DNA of 64,000 bases from Tubiluchus corallicola (taxonomy: Eukaryota; Animalia; Priapulida): the NCBI GenBank assembly GCA_030141605.1, contig JAQGDQ010000098.1, positions 434,001-498,000 of the forward strand. The letters are read 5' to 3'. Below, piece by piece: positions 1 through 35,961 of this stretch. The position numbers and the translations under genes are program-made. Under the pieces are notes generated by a model that saw only the letters and a list, made by a program, of their open reading frames with translations, did not search any database and was not told the origin of the DNA. Every line of letters begins with the position of its first letter. Within the stretch, counting starts at the first letter, position 1.

Positions 1-1166
1 TACAGCACGAAAATTAGTTTACATGTTGAGAAAATTTTCTACTTAAATATTTATTATAGCCAAATTGTGGAGTGCATTCAGTGGTTGTGTCCACTAAAAA
101 AGTACATGCTTTGTATGCAATGTCAGTATATATGTTTATTCACAAACCGCAACATCGCTATGCCAAACATCATGGGCTCAGTTTAGACATTTTAATGTAC
201 GTTTAAGACAATTATGTCACTGCTTTACAGTACGGCGGCCATTATGCTCGTTTGAATTTTGAGAGTTCTATGTTATTAAGGGGAATTTCTGTAAACCATC
301 GTGGTTGTGGAAGTTTGAAAGTAATTGTATCCTTGGCTAATTTGAGTAAAAATGGCTCTAGCAACAAATCTGAACATATTCTCTGGGCTGAATATCAGAA
401 CAAACAGATTTTAAAGATATGAACAAACAGATATGGATACAAATGCAGCAATCATTTGGGCATTTAGAACTATAAATCATGCCCTTTATAATGTTTTTCT
501 ACCGAGAATTACTACTCCTATTTGATTTGGGAAGAAGGAAATAAAAAATAATGTGCCATAGTCAGTATTTGAACCTAGAGACTTCTGCATATGGTGACAG
601 ATGATTAACGACTAGCAGGTAACTAATAATAGGAAGTAAAGCAAAACGAAGGTACGAAGAGTCGTGATGATGCCACGGCAAAACTTTACAAAGTAGTGCA
701 GTCAACAAAAAAGTGAAAAGCAGCTGCTATAAAAACATATGCAGCTCACCAGCTGTATGTCATTATGCTACAATGTTAAAAAGCCCTTTTTCTCAGAGTC
801 TGTGCTATCAATGTGTATGCTAATGAGCTTACAATGTAATTTCCGACTTCCACATGTCTGAGTGGTGGAAAGTAATTCACTGACAGAGCAGATGTAAAAC
901 AGCTAGCAGACATAATTTCCAGCACTTGTACTGAATTTTACAAGTTTCAAAGGAGTTTCTAAAATCAGTATTCACGTAACAATTTATCAAGGTCTGAAGT
1001 GAGAGCTAAAACATTCTGAAGGTTTTGTGCTTTGCTCTGAAAACTATTTTCCGGGTCTAAGTACTGACATTATAAAATTCACAGTAACTCTAAATCAATG
1101 CCAAGCTGCTGTGACGCACACCTTAGTCTAAAAATACAGTTAACTACGTATAAAGAAATTACTTAC

Positions 1167-24513
<23,347 letters not shown>

Positions 24514-24767
24514 TTTACTTATGACGATTCTTTGAAATTTGCCTAAAACTTTGCCCAGCCTCAAAAAATAACTCAGCAGTACAAACATAGTTGTAAAAAA
24601 CATTGAAAATTCTTTAACAGAATTTGAGAGAAATAAATTTTATTACACTTTCATATTTAATTTGGCTTGTAAATTTGTTTGAATTTTTGGCTTTCTCCGA
24701 CTCCAGCTTTTTTGAAATTTGAACATTCTACCTTTAGATCAGTGGTAATTCCACCCGTTTTCTATTC

Positions 24768-25478
24768 CAGTGTTTTTCAACCAGTGTGCCGCGGCACACT
24801 GATGTGCCGTGAAAGATCATCAGGTGTGCCGTGGGAAATTATCTAATATCACCTAATTAACCATTGTCGGGTGTCTGTGCTGTAATAAACTGTGGCCGAT
24901 AATGTAAAACTCTTTTATTTCAGTGGGTGGCAGCAGAGAGCGATAAATGCCTGTAAAGTCAATAGAGTTAGTGTTTATGTACAGCATCATTACTTGAAAT
25001 ATACTTGACTCTCAAAACACTGCGGGATTGAATGATAAACAAGAGAATTATCGCTGTTGTATGTTTGCTTAGTAAATTCGTATACAGTTTACTTTGAGCA
25101 CATAACTGGTTTAGATATACCATAGTTTAGGTTTGCTATATATACAAATGTAAATGTGTTGCGGGCAATCAACCACAGACAGCTTCATTAATATAGTAAG
25201 TTTTCAGGCTTCTTTAGAACTATCAATCGACTTGATCAGGCGTAATTGTAGGGCCAAAGAATTCCACAATTTGGAGGCAGGAGACGTGAACGATTATGTG
25301 ACTAGCCTGCTACGTGAGACTGCAAGATTTCACCACTTTCTGTGCTGACGCATCAGTCAGAATGGTCACGTGACCGCCTATTGTTTCAACACGCACGTGT
25401 CTGTAAATGGAGGTGGTGCCCGAGGATTTTGGAAATGTAAAAAATGTGCCGTGGCTCAAAAAAGGTTGAAAATCACTG
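24768..25478. mobile_element. hAT-family MITE (711 bp) upstream of the first CEP192 coding exon
   Basis: TIRs CAGTGTTTTTCAACC / GGTTGAAAATCACTG, subterminal TGTGCCG repeats, and a perfect 8-bp TSD TTCTATTC on both sides. Confidence 0.92.
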
Positions 25479-26580
25479 TTCTATTCTACTTGGTACAAAT
25501 GCAGATAGATTCCAAAGCCAGAAGAAGCCTTTGGAGACCTAAGGGAATAAAGTAACTCCTCGCTTAACGATGCTAATGTGTCCGGAAAAACACATAGAAA
25601 CAAGGTCTTCTACAGAAAACAATGAAAAAGCATTCAGTTGCATTTGCCACTCAAACATTGATAATCCTTGACTATGCCTTGGTGGAGGCAAAAAAAAATA
25701 AGGCCAGGATCATAAATCCAACACTTCATGACGTTTCTTCCTGATAATTTTTAATTAAAAGCTAAAAAGAACTAATGTTTGCAGTAAAAATTCTAATTTG
25801 AAACATAAGCTTTGTGTCTTGCATCCATGTATCGTCCTCTGATTGAGCTTCTTGTGTCATTTCTTCTTCTTTTTCTTCTTCTATGTTTGTTTTTTCAAAA
25901 ACAATTTAGTGTTGTTTGCATAGACTCCTTCTAGCTACTAAAACTTATTTTCACAGAAGAAATAATGTAATATTTGTCAACACTGTAATATTAGCAACAA
26001 CTGAACTTCACTCCCATCTGGATTATTTTCACAACAAAAAGTCCTAGTGCCAATATTGTTTAAACATTTATGCAGACGTTTAACGCTAGGCATTTATTTT
26101 TTATTAATGCTACTGCGAATATTTCTAGTGTTAGTTTTCCGATAACATAAATGCAAATGAGGTGAACACAGCAATAATAAACACAGTATTATGTTTTAGG
26201 GGGAGAGAGAAACGGGGGGCGGGGGCAAGGAGAAAAATATCGAGATTTGTGCTGACACAGAACCGGCCCTGGCTCTAAGACCACTGCGTTGAACAAGAGA
26301 ACACACATAGATACAGAACATTTATTTTCTCCAATTAGTTTAACATCAAAAGTTTTTAAACCACAACGTATGAAGTAACTGTACTACTATATTACTTGTC
26401 ACAGTATCGACCAAGCTATTTTTCCATTGATTCTTGTATTACGCTAACTCCAGTATCTGAAAACACGAAGACGCATTTCACTGCCTCTTACAGTGAATAA
26501 GTTTGACTTGAATGCCTACTCTATTCATGAAATTTCCAAGTTTGTTGACTTGGTTCAACGTAAACATCACCAAAGTGAAA

Positions 26581-26588
26581 TTTCCCGC
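26581..26588. promoter_or_regulatory. E2F consensus site TTTCCCGC in the presumptive CEP192 promoter/5' region
   Basis: Exact consensus in a locally CpG-richer patch (about 26560-26720) upstream of the first CEP192 coding exon. Confidence 0.45.
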
Positions 26589-26728
26589 ATAAACTCAGCT
26601 GCTGCGTGCTATCGGCTATCAACGTAATGCGGTGCGTCTGCGGCATTTATTACAATTATTGGTGCATCGACAATTCTTAACGACTTTACCAATAAATACA
26701 TCACGGTGTCGTAGTATTGTGTAATGAG

Positions 26729-27088
26729 TAGGGGTGAGCATTCTCTACCAGAAAGCGAATTCGAATCGAACCGAATTTGTGACTTTCGAATTCGAATCGA
26801 ACCGAACTTCAGTGTTTCGAATTCGAATTGAGATTGAACGATTTTCGAACTAGTTTTCGAACCACCAGTAAAAATTAGTCTTACAAAGAGCATGCATATC
26901 ACTAGATTTTCTTCTGCAATAAAATGACTAGTAATTTGCTTAAAGTTGTGTGCAGAAATAACAACTAAATTATGTTAAGTGCTGAATTATTCGAATCTAT
27001 AGTTTTGGATTCGAATCGAGTTCAAACTAAAAAACTCGTTCGAATTCGATTCGAATGTTCAAACTCGAACGTTCGATGCTCACCCCTA
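26729..27088. mobile_element. hAT-type MITE (360 bp) with TTCGAA-rich arms
   Basis: TIRs TAGGGGTGAGCAT / ATGCTCACCCCTA; 8-bp TSD GTAATGAG / ATAATGAG (7 of 8 match). Confidence 0.88.
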
Positions 27089-27109
27089 ATAATGAGTAAT
27101 GACTATGGA

Positions 27110-27460
27110 TGTGGGATGAACAATAAGCATGCTCTACCAATTCAAATCGAATCAAATTTATGACTTTCGAAGTCGAATTAAACGATTTTTGAGATTTCGA
27201 ATCCAAATTCAGTTATCAAGATGTTTGAATCATTAATTATTAAAAGTGGTCTCTCAAAGATCATGCGTAATACTTGATTTTTTTCTGTGGTAGAAACCTC
27301 AATAATTTGTTTGAAATGGTGTGCAGAAATTGCAGCTAAACTGTGTTGACTGCATGCTATATAAAACGTTTTTATGATAAAATGACATATAATTTTATGT
27401 TATGTAGTTTAAATGCTGAAATATTTTAATCTATATTTTTTTAATCGATGCTCACCCATA
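27110..27460. mobile_element. Older degenerate copy of the same hAT MITE, adjacent to the first
   Basis: Colinear similarity to 26729-27088 (gactttcgaa..aacgatttt..gtgtgcagaaat..tgctgaa); ends with the right TIR CGATGCTCACCCATA. Confidence 0.7.
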
Positions 27461-27829
27461 GTAGATCAGACAACAATAACAACAACAACAATAATTAATA
27501 ATAGTAATTAATGATGATGATGAAAAGAATGATAATAATAATAATAATAATAATAACGATAATTTCATAGCCTTCTACAATTAGTAAGTAAGTAATTTAT
27601 CACCTTAATTATAACAACATATTGAATACATGAATTAATGTTATTACTTATTAGTTAATAAAAACAAAATGGTATAAGGAATAATAATTCAAAAAAATTA
27701 ATGTAACGTAATGTAATATTTACTTAACACAATGATGATGGGTGCAAGGGTGGCAAGGCACTAAAAGTCATCAATATCAATCGCCCCCTGCTATGGGTTG
27801 TTACATTTATTGCTATATCTAAACTTCAG

Positions 27830-27942
27830 TTATTTTCATTTTACAGCAGTTTTATATGTGTGTTTGTGTGTGTGTGTTATTTTCTTTTTACAGCAGTTTT
27901 ATGTGTGTGTGTGTGTGTGTTATTTTCTTTTTACAGCAGTTT

Positions 27943-28035
<93 letters not shown>
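27830..28035. repeat. Three tandem units of TATTTTC(A/T)TTTTACAGCAGTTTTA+(TG)n, ending in a long (TG)n
   Basis: Units start at about 27831, 27878 and 27921. Confidence 0.93.
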
Positions 28036-28379
28036 ACGTGTGCATGCGTGTGTGGCGAGTATCGTATAAAGATGCTGTAAAACGAAAATAAATTGCAATT
28101 GTAGCTTGAATTGGTGCTAGTTGTTTTTTGTTGACGTACTCCACAAGCATCTTCTTTCTTCAGGTTGTCGTCTTTCAGTTTATCCAGATTAATTTTTTTG
28201 TTTTAGTTTTTCGTCTTTTCACTTTTGATCAGGTAGCCAGGGGTGACCTCATAACAATCATTGAGTGATCAGTTTCAGTGTAAATACCAGCATACACTCT
28301 AGAATAATTTATGACATATAAGTAATTAAGTCTGTTTAACAAGTATAAAATCTATTTGGTTTTTATTTGGATTTTTTCC

Positions 28380-29600
28380 AAGTAGTAATGTAAGCATATT
28401 TGTGTTGGAATAACGTACTTGTTATTACCAGATCACTGCAGTTTCAGCTAAATGGTGTCCATTGGAGTTTACCACACCTTTGCCATATTTCCTACTACTG
28501 ATGGAAGAGATTCATGTAGAGATTCCATTATGGCATTTAAATCACCACATACCACTAGAACTGCTTTTGGGGGACTAGTTCTTCATAAAATTCTTCTCTA
28601 ATACACAGATTTTTTCGCTGTTTGGCAAGGTAGGAGCATTATATGAATGAAATTTTATAACAGCAATGTTTTTACCACCGATTCTAGTTTTCAGAGCAAT
28701 CAAACATGAACTGATGATGACACATTATGAACAATCTAACTTTTGCATAAATCCTAATCCAAGAAATGGCTGTGTTTCATCTCCACTATTGAAAAATGTG
28801 TAATTTCTTATGGATTGGTTTTTTACTGCTTTCAGGTGAGTATAAAGTCACTGGCAAGAAACATCATAATGGCATGACTTTAGCCAAAATAAACTACTTC
28901 ATTTGAAACAGTACAGCAGACTCAGCAGCTCAAGAGATAAAAGGCATCAAAAGATCAGTGTCATTAAATGAAACGTTGTTAAATGGGGGAGGGGTCATCA
29001 AGCAAGGACTTACTAGTTATCTGTAAACGAGTAACAAGGTCCATCAACAAAGTTTTCAGAGAAATCAAACATGAACTGATGATGTTACATTATGAACAAT
29101 CTAACTCTTTCATATGCATAAATCCTAATTCAAGATATGGCTGTGTTTCATCTCCACTATTGAAAATGTGTAATTTCCTGTGGATTGTTTTTTTTTTACT
29201 GCTTTCAGTTGAGTGTAAAATCACTGACAGGAAACACCATAACTGTATGACTTTAGCCGAAATTAACTATTTTGATTTAAAACAGTACAGCAGATTGAAC
29301 AGCTTAAGAGATGATAACATTACAGCTGACTCCATCTGAGAAGCCCAGATTGGGTGAAAGCTAACAGTAAATAGTAATGCTTATGTCACATGTAAGACTG
29401 ATGTAACTAATGTGACAGAGGGGAGTGTCGGCACAATTGAAGCCCCTGTGCTTTTACTTGAGTTACTTGAACTGATAATATAATTAGTGTATACTTTATC
29501 AAATCGTTGATAAGTATTTCAAATTCAAAGTGAGTCCTTAAACTTTGCAGATTCAGTGTTGCAATTTTAATGTTGTTTTCAGCTTTCATGACCAGGCTAT
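28380..29600 (-). mobile_element. Decayed non-LTR retrotransposon, APE endonuclease region (RTE-like), with an internal ~260-bp duplication
   Basis: Minus-strand fragments IKIATLNLQSL..IILSVQVT and GDLNAIM are EEP-domain motifs, with stops and frameshifts. 28688-28940 is repeated at 29052-29312. Confidence 0.7.
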
Positions 29601-30070
29601 TGTATGAGTCAAATATTTCAGATAGATGAATAACGTTTAAAAATGTAGGAAAAAGTCGATCTCAGGATAGCAATATGACACATAAGACATGCCACTACTC
29701 CAAGAAGACTACAGATTGCACAAAACTACAAATTTCTGCAAAGACTAGGTGGTAAAATGCAATTGGAAATTTAATGGTTTTACTTTTATTTCCATTTTTA
29801 ATTTTAGACATCAAGACTACTAGCAGCTTCCAGTTAACTATTACATAAGATGAGAGCACAGCACGTGAGCAGCAGACAAGAATGCTCAGGACGAACAAGT
29901 GAGAGCAACCGCCAATTAAATTATGAGAAGAAAGCCCGCTTTTTGTCAGATTAGTGACCCATGCTAAATTATTTTTCAATTTGGCTTTGGTAATATTTAG
30001 ACGGTGCGCCATAAATTGTTATTTGCAATTACTTCGAACCGTATTTTCATAAAGTGACTTCGCTCGCTTA

Positions 30071-30078
30071 GCGGGAAA
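30071..30078. promoter_or_regulatory. E2F consensus site (GCGGGAAA) at the presumptive WDHD1 TSS / non-coding first exon
   Basis: Exact consensus in a CpG-richer patch (29860-30100), followed by a GTAAGT donor at 30098 that could splice to the acceptor at 31873/31874 upstream of the WDHD1 ATG. Confidence 0.5.
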
Positions 30079-30199
30079 GAAGAATTTCAGATAAATTGTA
30101 AGTAAGATGTAGAATGGCCATTAGGTATAGCCTATTGAAATTACATTTGTGAGTTTTAAATTTAAACTTGCAACTAGTTGAAGTGCAAATGAGAGAAGA

Positions 30200-30945
30200 T
30201 AATAAATTGGTTTCTATTATACATGATATTCAATAAACCAGTGGTGTAACAACTGCCAAATGGACCTCAACCTGGAGAAATGCATGAGTGTTGGTAGAGT
30301 TTCTCAGTTTAACTATGCCATCAGAGCTCTGGTAGACAAGTGTCAAAAATTAGCAAATTTGATAAGAAACAGACTATGAAGTGATTATAGACAGCAATCT
30401 TGACTTCCGGCCTCATATCGTTTACATCACACAGACGGCTCACTGCAGGTTAACACTAATCAAGTGCAGTTTTCCATTTCTGGATAAAGCGATGATTCTG
30501 AGAAATCATTGGTCAGACCCATCGTTGATTATGCAGATGTGGTGTAGGGCCCATTAAGACAGGATTCTCTCTGCACAGTAGAGCAACAAAGAATGACCAG
30601 GCTGATTCCAGAACTTAACTTATTCATAAAATCTAAAGCCTAAAGGCTTCAAGAAATCGGTCTCATCATACTTAAATATAGACTCATGAGACAGGACACG
30701 ATACAAACTTTTAGGATTTGACGTGGTATTGACAAAACACACATAGATGATTATATTACAAGATGTCAACAACAACAAACAAGAGGACATTCATACAAAC
30801 TACTCAAGCATCCTATCCAGAGCAGATGGTCAAGCCGACAGCACGCATTTTCATTTAGGATTGTCAATCCATGGAACCGGCTCCCAGCAAATGTAGTTGA
30901 GGCAAGAAACATTGAGCAATTTAAGGCAATCCTGATGGTATGACC
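30200..30945 (+). mobile_element. CR1/L2-type LINE 3' fragment (RT C-terminus), degraded
   Basis: Fragments LNLEKC, SLVRPIVDYADVV, and RGHSYKLLK..RQHAFSFRIVNPWNRLPANVVEARNIEQFK are typical of CR1-clade ORF2 ends. Confidence 0.85.
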
Positions 30946-31903
30946 TCCCTCTATCTGCGATTGTGCCACTATATGCAACATCCCAGTTACAGCAAGTTTA
31001 GTATAGTGGAAGGGCAAATAGCACATCAACTAATACCCGCCTTTGGATTATAAAGCTCGCCTCCTGATAGTGAGCATTGCCATTTACAATTTACAGTCTT
31101 CTTTTTAATTACCTCGCACCAGATGGTGAGTGCCACCTGGTGCTGAATGTTAGCAAACTGAACAGCCGAAAAGCATGAGTAAAATGAGAAACATTTTTAT
31201 ATGCAGAATACCGTACTTACTTGTGTTTTAAATTGCTAAAAAAAGGAGAAACAGTTAGTTGAAATGCTAACATGTATATTTTACAATATTTACAAACACA
31301 AACAACATTAATAACAGTGCAACAAACAAACAATATTAATTAATATGAGTATAAACATTGACCAAAACTAATCTATTAGTAAACTGTCCAACCGGGATAA
31401 TGTTCCGTGTGCTCTAAAACATAGTATCTACGCAAAGCAAAACTAGTTAAAGCACATTCCAGGTGTTATACATGTAATAGTGTTTCCTATATGCTTAACT
31501 TAACCTTTAGGTAACGTGAATCTCTACAAGCTGGAAATTAACTTGTGTAGATGGTTGTCAGGACCGGAATCCAGTAGCTGTTTGTCAACTATAATCCTTT
31601 AAGATAAGGTAGTGAGTAGGTAGCGATGTCTTAGCTCATCTGGATTCATATTCAGTCCTTTCTCAACAAAATGTGGCAAACAAAACTGCTGAAAAGTTTT
31701 CTAGGCTTTCAACCATCTACTTGCTAGCCAGGCTTAGCACTAGCTGTGTAGCTTTAGCTAATATTGTTTAACACATTTTGATGTAAAAAAATAATTTAAA
31801 GTGAATTTATAAATGCAGATACTGACCTAAGTAATTTAATTTTGTTTAGGTCTGTTTTGGTTTTCTTCGTTAGGTCACATTTCGCAAACGATTACCAGAC
31901 GAG

Positions 31904-34900
31904 ATGGTAAAAATTCTGGCAACACGATTTGCTCACTCTGAAGGTTTGTTTTCAATTTGGAGTATAACACCTTTGAAATGCAGAGCACTGCAATATCTGC
32001 ATAATTTGAAATTCATACAGTGCAGTACTTACAAAGCTGTCTTCTAATTTGTAAGTATAAGTTTGTTCTTGGTTTACTAGCTGTTATGTTCTTCTGAAAG
32101 TGGTCTCTGTGCAGAAGAGCAACCGTAATACTAAGGAGCTAAAGTCCCAGTCTGCACCTAACAATTAAATTGAAATGGGTGAGGTACTTTTCTCTTAGCT
32201 AACCAAAATATCAGTGGCTATGGTGTAATGGTCATTGACGTTATTTTGAATTTGGTTGAATGTTGTTAAACACATAGTTTGTGCTAAGAAGATGCTATTT
32301 CGTTAATATCTCCTCACTGCTGCTAATCCGGTCAGTGTTAGCTATTGTATTTAGGTAAAAGTAAATACACCTGTGAAGTTCCCAAGTTGTTTTTTAACAT
32401 TTTTAATACTCTTCATAGATCATTGTTTTTAGTAAAATGTTTATCTACAGACTTTGGAATTAAACCTTGAAGCCTTGGGTACCTTAAATAGCTTACATTT
32501 CAAATTTTTGTGCTCTTGCTTGTGAGATCAGTCACCGTTTTTTATCATCTAGCATTAGAACTTGCAAGTTATTACTTTACTGCACAGTGACTAATGTGAT
32601 CAGCAATCATTAACTAACAAGCACTTTGGACAGTTGTACCTGATGTCAAACTTAGAATTAGTTTATCTTTAAACCTTACTTTGTTATACCATAAATTTTA
32701 TGCTTTTTTATTTTAGGTCATACTGATCTGTGCTTTGATGACAGTGGAACTCACATGTTAACATGTGGTAATGATGGAGATGTGAGAATCTGGAGGGGCC
32801 TTGATGACGATGATGCTGTGTCTCATCGGATTGGTGAGCATGTTTTTGCCATTGCCTATTATGATGGTAAATTTGCTACTGCATCTGATTCGATGTCTGT
32901 GCAAATTTACAGTTTTCCTGATGGAGCGCCAGATGGCATTTTGACTAGGTTTACTGCTCCCGCTACATGTATGTGTTATAATAGAACTGGTACTTTACTT
33001 CTGTGCGGTGCAAGTGATTTCATGATAAAATTAGTGTCAGTTGTTGATAAAACCTGTAAGGTATTCCAGGGGCATCAGGCACCTGTAATTTGTGTTGCTC
33101 TTGATCCCCTGGAGGAATATGTGGCTTCTTCAAGTTGTGACGGAACAGTTCGTATTTGGACAGTTGAAGAGCAATTATGTGAAATGAGTTGGAACGTACT
33201 TCCAAAAAGTAATGACGTGTGCAACTCAAAAACACTATGCAAGTTATCATGGGAGCCCATTTCTGGAGAGTTTCTGGCTGTCCCAATTGAAAAGGAAATT
33301 CGTGTATTTAAAAGGGAGACATGGGATTTATCGTTTACGCTGCAAGTAAGCAGCATCAAGGATTTAATATCAATATGTGCTTTTTCTCCCTGTGGTAAAT
33401 TTATTGCTGCTGCATACTGTAATGGACTAATCTTGGTGTGGGATTTCGTTAAGAAAAACTGCATCGAGAAGATCAGTCACGAGAAGAACTTTGGCATTTG
33501 CAGTTTAGCATGGAATCCTAAACAAAATGGAGAGATTGCCTACTGTGATACGATGGGTAATCTCGGTATTTTAGAAGAAGTCCTTCCAGAACAACATAAA
33601 AAAGAGCAGGCTTTGGCAGTCAGTGCTGTTAGTGCCAGTGCAGACCTTTTTGACGGCAGTGACGATGACTTAATTCTTACTGCAGCAATGGGCGAGCAAA
33701 AGCAGAACAATGACAGTGATAACGATGATGAATTTGATATTGGAAAGCAAAAGGCCAGATTAAAGGCAATTTTAGAAGACGACGACGATAATTCTAACTC
33801 ATTGCCATCGATCCCCACCATGGTTGACAAACCTGTTGCTTCAAGTGGGTTACTTTCGGGGCTTTGTAAACCTGCAGTATTGCAAGCAGCTTTCCAGCCC
33901 AGCTCAACACCTGTTGAACTGTCACACAGGTTCATGGTTTGGAACTCTGTAGGTGTCATTAGAGCATATAACACTGAAGAAGAGAATACCATTGACATAG
34001 AGTTTCACGACACAGCCACACATCATCCTCTGCATATATCAAATTATCAGAACTTCACCATGGCTGATATATCTGCTGCTGCAGTGGTGCTTGCTGCTGA
34101 AGGTTCTAATGATGAGGATGATGAAAAAACACCTAGTCAGTTAATGTGCATGCACTTTTCTTCGTGGGATATGTGTAAGGAGTGGACAGTAACCATGCCA
34201 CAAAGTGAAAACATAAACGCACTATGTATTGGAGAGGGCTGGATTGCTGTAGCTACAGACGAAAGAAATGTTCGAATTTTTAGTATTGGTGGTCTACAAA
34301 GAGAAATATTTTCTATAACAGGACCAGTTGTTAGTATGTCTGGTCAAGGTAATCAGTTATTAATTACCTTTCACCTGGGTGTTGGTATTCCAGGCGACCA
34401 AAATATAGGTGTATCTTTATATGTGCTTGGCAGTAAACGCTCACCAATTTTAGACAATGCAAGACTTCCTCTTAGAGCAAAATCTAAGCTTTCGTGGTTG
34501 GGATTTTCAGCTGAAGGTACTCCGTTTACTGCTGATTCATCGGGTGCCGTTCGAATCCTCAATAGAGCTTTTAATAATGCCTGGACACAAGTTGCTAATA
34601 CTAAGAGCAACATTAAAGGAAAATCTGATAATTACTGGCTGGTTGGGATTACTGAAAATCCTCCTCAAATCAGATGCATATTGTGTAAAGGCAAGTCATA
34701 TCCTTCTACCCTTCCCAGACCCACAGTAACAGTGCTGCCCTTTCAGCTTCCTATGTGTGAAATATCTTCAGAAAAGAGTCAATTAGAAGAGAAATATTGG
34801 AGGTCGAAAATTCTCACAGGCTTTTTCAACTACTCAGCGACGTTGGATCTGAATTTTGATGAGCAAGAACGAGCGACTTGTACGGAAGAACAGCAGGAAG

Positions 34901-35961
34901 CACTCCTAAGGTTATTTGCTCTGTGTTGTAGAGCAGACCAGGAATTTCGTGCATACGAAATTTGTGATACTGCGACAGAACAGACTGTCCGATTAGCAAT
35001 TAAGTATGCCAGTCGCATGAAGCACTTAAATCTAGCTAACAGACTCAATAAGTTGATCATGTCTAAAATAGAAGAAGCTGATAATCAGGCTGAAGAAGAA
35101 GAAGAAGAAGACTTCAGACGCAATCTTGATGTTGTTCATAATCACGAAGCATCTGAATGGGCGTACATTAATAACAAACAGAGCACTAGGCACTTAAAGG
35201 ATAAGCAAGGTGATCACGTTCCTAATGGTGAAGCCGATCTCGAACCTTTATTAGATGAAAACGATGAGGATGAGACTGCTGAAGATGGTGTAGAAGAATC
35301 TCCACTGTTAAAGAATCCCGCTAGAAAACCTGTGCAAAAAAAATTGTCCTCTACTGCTGATGTAAAAAATCCATTCAAACTTCCTTCTCAGTCTCCAAAG
35401 AGCGATGAGAAATTGCAGGGCACCAGAGTGTTTGATAAATTGCAAAAACCACCAAAGCAAAATAAAACATCAAACAACACATGGCTGACTAATGTGAGTG
35501 CCGGTAAGAAACGAGTGAAATGCAGCAAAACAATGCAGCCACTTCAGAAAAACAAAGTGCAGCCAACACTAAGCGAGAAATTCCAGGTGCCAGTTGCTTG
35601 TCCAGAACCAAATGCAGAAAATGATGCAGCATCAGCGAAATTTGGATTTGAATTGTGGCTAGAAGTCCATAGAGAAGAAGTCAAGGAGGAGCATCCTGAC
35701 TTATCGGAAACGGACATTATCAAACTGTGTGCAAAAAGATTTCGCCTTTTGTCGCCAGAAGAAAAAGAACAATGGAATAATAAGGATAGCTCAGATAGTA
35801 AATCAATTGTTTCCACGTTAAATGACGAAAATAAGAAAAGAAAAAGGGATGATTTTGAGGAAGACAATTACAGTGAATTACAAGATGCTTATGTGTCACC
35901 TGTAAAAAAATCTGTGTCAGGAATTGCCAAATTAACTAAATTTGCATTTACGAAGAATTAA
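31904..35961 (+). CDS. WDHD1: WD repeat and HMG-box DNA-binding protein 1 (AND-1/Ctf4 ortholog), 1094 aa, two coding exons (31904-31943, 32717-35961)
   Basis: Spliced N-terminus MVKILATRFAHSE-GHTDLCFDDSGTHMLTCGNDGDVRIW matches the AND-1 start. It has WD40 repeats (DGILTRFT, GHQAPV, SSSCDGTVRIW), a SepB domain (FQPSSTP..RFMVWNSVG, IDIEFHD), an NPFK motif, an HMG box (GFELWLEVHREEVKEEHPDL..) and C-terminal KLTKFAF. The GT-AG phase-1 intron spans 31944-32716. Confidence 0.97.

Noticed and set aside
1-1166. Terminal CEP192 exon(s)
   Set aside because: I found no phase-0 exon encoding the rest of the last ASH domain; it probably lies outside the window.
33020-35867. Several antisense and alternate-frame ORFs of 76-152 aa overlapping WDHD1 (similar ones overlap the large CEP192 exons)
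   Set aside because: Expected shadows of a long coding exon; no recognisable motifs.
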